Shown piece by piece: positions 57,095 through 64,000 of a stretch of 64,000 nucleotides of DNA (position 1 is its first letter; every line of letters begins with the position of its first letter). This DNA is from Methanobacteriota archaeon (GTDB lineage Archaea; Thermoplasmatota; Thermoplasmata; SG8-5; JAGLSY01), in the NCBI GenBank assembly GCA_020696385.1, contig JAEHCQ010000007.1, positions 56,818-120,817 on the forward strand. Reading direction: 5' to 3'. A model generated the notes under the pieces. That model saw nothing but the letters and a program-made list of their open reading frames with translations. It ran no database searches and was not told where the DNA came from. Position numbers and translations under genes: made by a program.

Positions 57095-58194
57095 GCAGAA
57101 TAACCGCAGATTTGAAGGCATTTGCCATTCAATACCTGAGGAATCCTTTTGGGGCCGCTTTTTCCATAGGCTTCCCCCTCTTATTGGTCATTTGTTTCGG
57201 GGCAATGTTCAGCCCTTCAGCAACACCAGATGTCCATTTATTGATACAGGATTTGGACGGAACTCCGATGAGCGAGCAGTTCATTGATACATTGAATCAA
57301 ACCACCATATCGTATTCCGGAACCTTTGAGACATATATGACAGAGCCTACTTATGATATGAACGAAAGCGTTCTTCAGGAACATGAACTGTCAGGAGCCA
57401 TTGTCATTCCTGCTGGGTTTGAGGCACAGATATCGGGTAACCAATCAGTTGACATTATAGTTTTCTTAGACGAGTCTTCTTCAACAGATGGGGTAATTCT
57501 TGAAAACGTTGATACAGCGATAGTTACTTTCGAGGCCAGTTCGTCAGTGTCAGGCCAATATGTCAGTATCACTATCACCGAGATCGACAATGGGGAATTC
57601 AACTTCCTTAACTTCTTCCTACCTGGGATTATCGCTTTGACAATTATGCTCAACTGCCTGATGATTCTGGCCAGTCTCATGGCCGATTACTGGTCACATG
57701 GTTATTTCAAGATACTCAAGACCACGCCTTTGAAAAAATGGGAATGGGTTCTATCCAAGCTGATCTGGTACTTGGTTGTCATGGCAGTCGCAATTTTACT
57801 ACTGTTTGTAGTCGGTGTGGGTCTGTTCGGAGCAAATGTCACAATAACACCGATCGCCATTGCCCTTATTGTGGCTGGGACGCTCCTCTTCTCATCTATA
57901 GGTATGATTATAGGGGCCTTGGCTAAACACACAGACACAGCCGCAGGGATCTCACAGGCAATAGGCCAGCCAATGATGTTCCTTTCTGGAATCTTCTGGC
58001 AGCTGGAGGAATTTCCCCCAATTATGCAGACAATCTCCAAGTTCTTCCCTCTAACCTATCTCGGTGCGGGGTTGCGCGCGACAATGCTGGAAGGAAATGA
58101 CATATTAGCTCTAGAGAATCTTGCAGTAGTGGTGGTTTTGGCCGTGGTCTTCTTCATCCTTGCTGTGAAATTGATTAAGTGGAAGGAGAAGTGA
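57091..58194 (+). CDS. ABC-2 type permease
   Basis: TM-loop-5TM topology, FFLPGI, MFLSGIFW, PLTY. Confidence 0.88.
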   Translation: MSRITADLKAFAIQYLRNPFGAAFSIGFPLLLVICFGAMFSPSATPDVHLLIQDLDGTPMSEQFIDTLNQTTISYSGTFETYMTEPTYDMNESVLQEHELSGAIVIPAGFEAQISGNQSVDIIVFLDESSSTDGVILENVDTAIVTFEASSSVSGQYVSITITEIDNGEFNFLNFFLPGIIALTIMLNCLMILASLMADYWSHGYFKILKTTPLKKWEWVLSKLIWYLVVMAVAILLLFVVGVGLFGANVTITPIAIALIVAGTLLFSSIGMIIGALAKHTDTAAGISQAIGQPMMFLSGIFWQLEEFPPIMQTISKFFPLTYLGAGLRATMLEGNDILALENLAVVVVLAVVFFILAVKLIKWKEK

Positions 58195-58327
58195 ACTGGT
58201 TAAACTAGTTACTTAAAATAAATGGGCCCTTCTTGCCTGAAATCTGCCTGGGCCCACTTTTTTACTTTAAAAGCCTTTTAGTACACCTATATCGACGACC
58301 CAATATCAACTCATTTTGATATGCCAC

Positions 58328-59074
58328 TCAAATATCCTTCTTTATGAACCACAAGCCACCAGCCACGAACAGAATTATTGTGGAAACCAGCACTACTAAG
58401 AATGACTCAGCCAAGGGCATTCCAGCCATCACCCTGTATCCGAAGGCCAGGGGATTGTAAATGGATGGTTCTGATCCCGGATCGGCCATGAGGGCGAAAC
58501 CATAAGTGAATGATAGGAACAGGGAGCCAGCAAATCCAGCTAGTACAGAGTAAGTAACCGTCCTAAGAGGAACACTGAAGAAGAAAGTGAGGGCGAAAAC
58601 GAACAATAGCATTGGCAATATCATGAGCTGATGTAGTATGAAAAGAGGGAGGTCCAGGCTGCTCACGATGGCCCAGGCGATAACTCCTGCGATAAGGCTC
58701 CCGATGGTGAATATCATCAGAAAAGATAGCACGGAAGATAAAGTTCTTCGTATGAGGAAGTCAAGTCGGGATTCTGGCCGGGCCAATGTCAGGCCCATGG
58801 TATCATCGTCCTCCAGATCACTTATCATGAAGGCACCGAAACTCACCACCATGAGCAGAAGCATTTTCAGAACATCCTCGAACCACATGTACTCAAATGC
58901 ACCAGCCGACCCATCTGGCTTGGCAGCTTCAAGGGCACTCTTCAATCCCTCTGGAGAATACTCGATCATGGCGGCAAAGGTCAGGGCGAATATTGCCAGG
59001 AAGAGAATGGTATAGGTAGCCCTCTTGGACATGAGCATGACTTTCATATCTATAAATATCAATTGAAAGTTCAT
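58328..59074 (-). CDS. ABC transporter permease
   Basis: About 6 TMs, LARPESR, F.KKDI end. Confidence 0.75.
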   Translation of the reverse strand: MNFQLIFIDMKVMLMSKRATYTILFLAIFALTFAAMIEYSPEGLKSALEAAKPDGSAGAFEYMWFEDVLKMLLLMVVSFGAFMISDLEDDDTMGLTLARPESRLDFLIRRTLSSVLSFLMIFTIGSLIAGVIAWAIVSSLDLPLFILHQLMILPMLLFVFALTFFFSVPLRTVTYSVLAGFAGSLFLSFTYGFALMADPGSEPSIYNPLAFGYRVMAGMPLAESFLVVLVSTIILFVAGGLWFIKKDI

Positions 59075-59853
59075 AGATCCTCATTCCGGAATTTCATGAT
59101 GGACAGGGCCAGGAAGGGGAGTGATAGCAGTATGATAATTACCGCATAAGCGATGTACGAACCTGCAGTTACATCATGGGTTGTGAAATATGATGCATAA
59201 TAGTGAGGTGTGGCCTTGGACAGGGCCAGGAAAGCATCAGAATTATATTTCATCGCATTGGGCAACATGAGGAAGGAGAAGGTTCCAAAGACCATGATGA
59301 ATGAGATAAGATTGGACTTGGATATTGTTGATATGAATAATGCCAGACATAATGCAAAGACACCCAGAAGGAACATCAGGCCCGTTGTGGCCATATATGC
59401 CTCGATAGTTAGACCCGGAACCTGAGGCTGGATCGAGAAATATCCTGGGATCATGGTTCCAAAGAAGACAATTCCAAATGCCAATATGGCAGATGCAAGG
59501 TTTATGATCATATACTGGACTCTTGTTATTGGCCGGGACAGCAGGATCCCGATCCTTTCTCCCTTCTTGTCGCCAGATACGGCATCGAATATGAAGAGAG
59601 GAGCTGTGAACATTGTGACCATCTTGATCAGGGCACCATCAAAGAAGAACCATTGAAATTTCATATCTGGATTGTCCATGAACAGGGTGTAGAGCTCTCC
59701 AGTTACAGTTCCTGCCTCCATCAAGGCATCCATCATGTAAGCTCCGATGACTATCATGTAAATAGACATCAGAAGAGCGATAAGGCCTCTTATTGAAAAG
59801 AGATTATTCATCGCCCTGTGCCAGACAATAGCTATGAGGTTAACATTATCCAT
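59071..59853 (-). CDS. ABC transporter permease
   Basis: FDAVSG..LLSRPITR, FRNEDL end. Confidence 0.8.
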   Translation of the reverse strand: MDNVNLIAIVWHRAMNNLFSIRGLIALLMSIYMIVIGAYMMDALMEAGTVTGELYTLFMDNPDMKFQWFFFDGALIKMVTMFTAPLFIFDAVSGDKKGERIGILLSRPITRVQYMIINLASAILAFGIVFFGTMIPGYFSIQPQVPGLTIEAYMATTGLMFLLGVFALCLALFISTISKSNLISFIMVFGTFSFLMLPNAMKYNSDAFLALSKATPHYYASYFTTHDVTAGSYIAYAVIIILLSLPFLALSIMKFRNEDL

Positions 59854-60571
59854 GTCTGGCCACCTTCAGGAATACTTCATCCAAGTCTTTACACCCGTGC
59901 TTGGATCTCAGTTCATCTGGACTTCCTTGCTCGATGAGCAAACCCTCGTGGATTATGCCAACAGTGTCGCATATCTTCTCAACATCGCTGAGAATGTGAG
60001 TTGAAAATATCACGGTCTTACCCCTTTCTGCAAAGGCCTTCATGGCATCCAGTACCTCATTTCGCCCCAGTGGGTCGAGGCCAGTTGTTGGCTCGTCAAA
60101 AAGGAGAATATCTGGATCGTGTATCATGGCTTGAGCAATGCCCACTCTCTGTTTATTGCCCTTACTGAGTGTCTTGATCTTACGATCTAGGTTTTCTGTG
60201 AGATGAATTTCCGCGGCTATGGACTCTATTGCCTTTGCCACATCTTCTTTGGACATACCGCTTAGTATCCCCATGTATGTGAGGAACTTACGGGGTGTGT
60301 CGCCACCAGGCATTCCGTATGATTCCGGGAGATAGCCAATGTGCTTTCTGGCTTCCACGCCGTTATTGATGACATCTATGCCCTTGATACTGGCATTACC
60401 ACCAGTGGCAAATACAAGACCCACCAGTATCTTCAATGTAGTGGATTTGCCTGCGCCATTGGGTCCGCAGAAACCATAGACCTGACCTTCTTCAACCACC
60501 AAATCCAGTCCTTTCAGTGCCTGTATGTCTTTATAATCCTTCTTCAGCTGCTTGATCTCAATTGCACCCAT
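59846..60571 (-). CDS. ABC transporter ATP-binding protein
   Basis: GPNGAGKST, LSKGNKQR, FDEPTTGLDP, STHIL; start at MGAIEI after AGGTGA. Confidence 0.93.
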   Translation of the reverse strand: MGAIEIKQLKKDYKDIQALKGLDLVVEEGQVYGFCGPNGAGKSTTLKILVGLVFATGGNASIKGIDVINNGVEARKHIGYLPESYGMPGGDTPRKFLTYMGILSGMSKEDVAKAIESIAAEIHLTENLDRKIKTLSKGNKQRVGIAQAMIHDPDILLFDEPTTGLDPLGRNEVLDAMKAFAERGKTVIFSTHILSDVEKICDTVGIIHEGLLIEQGSPDELRSKHGCKDLDEVFLKVARHG

Positions 60572-60653
60572 GATATCACCTGAAACTGGAGTGATATTCA
60601 TGCTTATAAGTGTAGTCATGGGCACGCCCAGGGAACCCAAAATTATTTGGATT

Positions 60654-61466
60654 TTAGATGGAACTATCGAGTCCGTTCTCAACAATCCCTAATAGCCAGT
60701 CTTCCTGTTCCTTGATATTCTCATTCAGCCTGGCTGCGGCTACCGGCACTCTCCAGGCATCGAGTTGTTTAGGATCCAATTCCTGGAATTTGGAATATTC
60801 TGCAAGGTAAGAAACTATGAACTGGCTTCTTAATTTGTCGAACTCGACTTTTGACATGACCTCTTCTGGTGGGCCGCCATGACCTATAAGCAGGAGGGTC
60901 CTGGCAATGTCCGCATGTGGATTTCCACAAGATGCGGTGAGCCAATCTATCAGCACCGGGCCTTTGGAGGTCAGCATTATATTGCCCGGATGGAGATCAT
61001 AATGACATACGACATCTCCATTGGGAAGCTTATCAAGCCTGTCCAGTACCTTTTTTCTAAGATCATCTGGCAAGCTCTCCGCCCTCTCTATCCCTCCGCG
61101 GATCATGTCATATTGATGAGGAAGCCCTGGCAAAGCCTTGGAATGAAGTGAAGCATGTACCTCGGCCATTACTGGTGCATGGAGCAGGAAGGAAGCCGGA
61201 TCTGAAGTGAACTTCAGGTCGATATCCTGCATCATGGTTATGCCATCCAGTCGTTCCATTATCAGGCCTTTACGGCCATCGATATCAGTAAGACCAAATG
61301 TTTGGGGCGCGGGCAATCCAGCCTTGTAACAAAGGCTGGTTATCTCTTCTTCGTGGCCGATCCAAGTTTCCGAGCACCAGTCCATGTAAAGCTTGAGAAC
61401 CTTGTCCTTACCCCATTCGAATATCTCGGCTGTGCGGCCAATACCAACAAGTGCTCCTTTTTCCAT
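60654..61466 (-). CDS. Aminoglycoside-phosphotransferase/choline-kinase family protein
   Basis: GIGRTAEIF, VLK, CHYDLHPGNI, LIDW, G.P.AD. Confidence 0.85.
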   Translation of the reverse strand: MEKGALVGIGRTAEIFEWGKDKVLKLYMDWCSETWIGHEEEITSLCYKAGLPAPQTFGLTDIDGRKGLIMERLDGITMMQDIDLKFTSDPASFLLHAPVMAEVHASLHSKALPGLPHQYDMIRGGIERAESLPDDLRKKVLDRLDKLPNGDVVCHYDLHPGNIMLTSKGPVLIDWLTASCGNPHADIARTLLLIGHGGPPEEVMSKVEFDKLRSQFIVSYLAEYSKFQELDPKQLDAWRVPVAAARLNENIKEQEDWLLGIVENGLDSSI

Positions 61467-61579
61467 GATAGGGGATTGGAAAAGATACTGATTACTCTTT
61501 TGGTTTTATAAAGCAAGATGGGACATTGCAATTCCCCAAACCATAATTATTATTATATCCAGGTCCATCAAGCCCTGCA

Positions 61580-62680
61580 ATGACCATGTTCGAGCCCATT
61601 GACAAGTTCACACCGCCCACTGACCCTGATTTCATAAGGGACTTTCCACCAGCCAGGATGTTCTCCAAGAAGGGAAATTTCGTATGGTGGTGGTGGATGT
61701 TCCTCTTTGAGGAAGATGGTGTTAAAAAGCAGATCGTCGCCTTCTGGACAACCAAATCATACAAGAATGTCAAGGCGAATGGTGTCAACTGGGGCCCGAA
61801 AGCGGAGATCACTGGGCAGCCAGATAATTTTTCATTTAATGGAATGGCCACCTTCTGGTACTGGGACGGCAAGGAATTTCAAGAGATCGAGCCCAAGAAT
61901 ATGAAATTCACCACCGTGATCAAGGACGGTGGTGTTTCTATTGATTCTGATGACATGCAGATGAAAGCCAGCCGCGTGAATACCAATATCAGGTTCTGCC
62001 GCGATCCAAAGGATTTCGATCTGGATGTTGACAAGGTCACGCCCACTCCCCCGCCAGTTGGGTACAAGCGCACGATGTTGACCAAGAAGCTGGGTTTCGA
62101 CGGCCTGAAGATCTACCATGCGGATTGGTCTGGCTCTCTGTCTACAAAGGGCGACAAGCGCAAGGTGGAAGGTAGCCTGTACATGCAGCATATCACACTT
62201 AACACGCCAGCATTTCCCTGGCTCTGGGGTGTGTTCCACAAGAAGGATGGCTCCTATCTCACTTACTTCACCACTTTTCTCAGCAGGCTGATGTTCCGAC
62301 GTAGTGCGGAGTGCAAGCCCAGCGCGGATAATAAATTCAGATTTATGAATAAGAATTTGAATTACACACCAGTGGGTCAGAAGACCAAGCGCTTCAAGCA
62401 CGTGAGATACAATGTATTCCGGCAGGAGAATGGCCTGCCGGGTTTCGAAGCCTGGGGAGACCTGGGCAAGGAGAGGCTTCGCATCAAGGTGATTACAGTT
62501 GCTAAGACGACTTACACCTTTGAGAGGCGCAAGTACTGGCGCAATAAATTCTTCTACAATGAATTTCCTTCAGAAGTTGTTGAGATCGAATACAGGGACA
62601 AAGAAGGAAAAGTTCATAAGGAAGGCGGAGATGATTGGAATGGCAATTGCGAATACTCCTGGGGACTCCTTCTGGGTTAG
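61580..62680 (+). CDS. Hypothetical beta-rich protein (tocopherol-cyclase/lipocalin-like fold by inference)
   Basis: WWWWMF, G.LYMQ, PWLWG, CEYSWG aromatic motifs. Confidence 0.55.
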   Translation: MTMFEPIDKFTPPTDPDFIRDFPPARMFSKKGNFVWWWWMFLFEEDGVKKQIVAFWTTKSYKNVKANGVNWGPKAEITGQPDNFSFNGMATFWYWDGKEFQEIEPKNMKFTTVIKDGGVSIDSDDMQMKASRVNTNIRFCRDPKDFDLDVDKVTPTPPPVGYKRTMLTKKLGFDGLKIYHADWSGSLSTKGDKRKVEGSLYMQHITLNTPAFPWLWGVFHKKDGSYLTYFTTFLSRLMFRRSAECKPSADNKFRFMNKNLNYTPVGQKTKRFKHVRYNVFRQENGLPGFEAWGDLGKERLRIKVITVAKTTYTFERRKYWRNKFFYNEFPSEVVEIEYRDKEGKVHKEGGDDWNGNCEYSWGLLLG

Positions 62681-62722
62681 TTCCCCCACCCTGAATATCA
62701 TGATAATTGGAGAGAAATAAAC

Positions 62723-63412
62723 ATGGTGAAAAAACTATCTGGCATAACATTCGATTATGATGCTACCTTTTACAATTATCCAGTCATGGTGTCCAAGTTG
62801 ATTCATCGATTCGGACCGCATGTGAAGCTCATCTACGACCTTACAGATGAGCGGGCGAAGATGAGGAAGGAAGGCAAAATTGAAAATTTCAGGGAGCGAC
62901 AGGTGGAGCTCATGGCCATACGCTGGAAGAAGACACCTGAATGGACACGAAAAAAAATAGACAGGGTGGTGTACGATGGCTGGAATTCTGCCTTTGACCG
63001 TGTCAAACCTCTCAAGAATGTCTTCAATATGCTGGACATGGTGGTTGCCAATGATATTCCGATCTGCGTTGTATCAGATTACCCTCCGCATGATAAGATG
63101 AAGAAAATGGGATTCATGGGTTATCCATGGAAATTGATCCTTAATGGTGAGGATATCGGGTTGATGAAGCCTGACCCAACAGGATTGAAAATGGCCATGG
63201 AGAAGATGGGCACGAAGCCAGAAGAAACTCTCCATGTGGGAGACTCGCTCAGATACGACATTTTGGGAGCGAAGAACGCGGGCATGATGAACGCTTATCT
63301 CAAATGGCCGTGGAAGAGGAACAAGCACAATATACAGCCAGACTATACTTTTACGAACTTCGCGCAGCTGATGGAATTGCTGGAGACTGAGTTTGGGCTT
63401 AAACGTGTTTGA
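62723..63412 (+). CDS. HAD-superfamily hydrolase
   Basis: FDYDATF, VSD, KPDP, HVGDS..DI.GA..AGM. Confidence 0.88.
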   Translation: MVKKLSGITFDYDATFYNYPVMVSKLIHRFGPHVKLIYDLTDERAKMRKEGKIENFRERQVELMAIRWKKTPEWTRKKIDRVVYDGWNSAFDRVKPLKNVFNMLDMVVANDIPICVVSDYPPHDKMKKMGFMGYPWKLILNGEDIGLMKPDPTGLKMAMEKMGTKPEETLHVGDSLRYDILGAKNAGMMNAYLKWPWKRNKHNIQPDYTFTNFAQLMELLETEFGLKRV

Positions 63413-63584
63413 ATTATTAGCAATTCATAGCATTTTCTCTACAATGTAGTTCCCAGCGGCATGCCCCGTCTAAACACAGTGTTTCTGGTAGCGTATTATA
63501 TGTTCAATTGTACGCGACCAGAAAATCTAATACGGCTATTGACTAAATCATATTGAAGTATTTGATTCATCTCTTTGTGCGGGC

Positions 63585-63622
63585 GGGGTACTATATTCTA
63601 TATCTCAACGAGTGACAGTTGC
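63585..63622. repeat. Dispersed 38-bp repeat, copy 2
   Basis: 36/38 identical to 19895-19932, same orientation. Confidence 0.85.
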
Positions 63623-63712
63623 AGAGTGCTCTGATATTCGGAACCCCGTCTGTAGGGCGAGGGGGTCAAACTTTCTGAAACCCCCAGCACCCGTAAAAAT
63701 AATGATCATCAA

Positions 63713-64000
63713 CTACGGAAATTCTTTATTCTTAAACAGCAAAGCTCCGAATCCCAGCAATGCGATTATCAGTACAATGAGAATTCCATATGTGCTGGCA
63801 TCGGCTTCCATATATGTTCCCAATGATCCAAACTCTGTCATTCCAGATCCTATCGCTCTTATGAAATGCTTGATCGTGTACTGGCCGATAGCTCCACCCA
63901 TCAAGCCAATGAAACCCTCCCAGATGAAGGCGTAGAAAAGACCGAAGTAAATTGGTCTTTTAAACAATATGCTGGTGAGCAGGAACATGGCGGAGTAAGC
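63713..64000 (-). CDS. ABC permease C-terminal part (5' end outside the window)
   Basis: KRP..FGL.Y.FIWE, C-terminal TM and FKNKEFP. Confidence 0.65.
   Translation of the reverse strand, partial: AYSAMFLLTSILFKRPIYFGLFYAFIWEGFIGLMGGAIGQYTIKHFIRAIGSGMTEFGSLGTYMEADASTYGILIVLIIALLGFGALLFKNKEFP

Larger units (their letters stand above)
51261..58291. mobile_element. tRNA-Pro-associated genomic island bounded by 42-bp direct repeats; no integrase
   Basis: GGGCCCACTTTTTTACTTTAAAAGCCTTTTAGTACACCTATA identical at 51261-51302 and 58250-58291; enclosed cargo appears more AT-rich. Confidence 0.75.

Noticed and set aside
19895-63622. One 43.7-kb element bounded by the 38-bp direct repeats
   Set aside because: The interval contains essential core genes (ribosomal proteins, IleRS, aIF2g); dispersed copies are more parsimonious.

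Overview
Archaeal chromosomal window, most likely an uncultured Thermoplasmata-type euryarchaeon (inferred from rpo6/rpo10, rps6e-eif2g, rpl18e, ApgM, RbkR, a PEF-CTERM protein and GGAGGTGA-type RBSs). Most of it is core genes for translation, transcription, glycolysis and thiamine/riboflavin metabolism, plus Lhr and XPD helicases, GlnA and IleRS. There are two tRNAs (CAT anticodon with Ile2-like identity; Pro-GGG), a low-GC three-gene islet (20.1-22.1 kb), and an integrase-less island bounded by a 42-bp duplication of the tRNA-Pro 3' end (51.3-58.3 kb). The main finding is a small structured non-coding element found directly after the stop codon of two unrelated genes (a DUF2779 nuclease and a DRG GTPase). 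Both copies share CCGAGCGAGCAnGCT at the 5' end and an identical 25-mer AGCGAGGATAAAAGAAAAGGCTTAC at the 3' end. Each is followed by an exactly 33-nt, almost entirely synonymously recoded copy of that gene's own last 10 codons plus stop. This resembles a scaffold+guide RNA or a homing-type element that replaces gene 3' ends; no effector gene is evident in the window. Possibly related signals are a degenerate copy of the end motif at the apgM stop and a stack of ~31-nt alternative 3' ends behind glnA. All protein calls come from motif recognition by eye; no database searches or folding programs were run.
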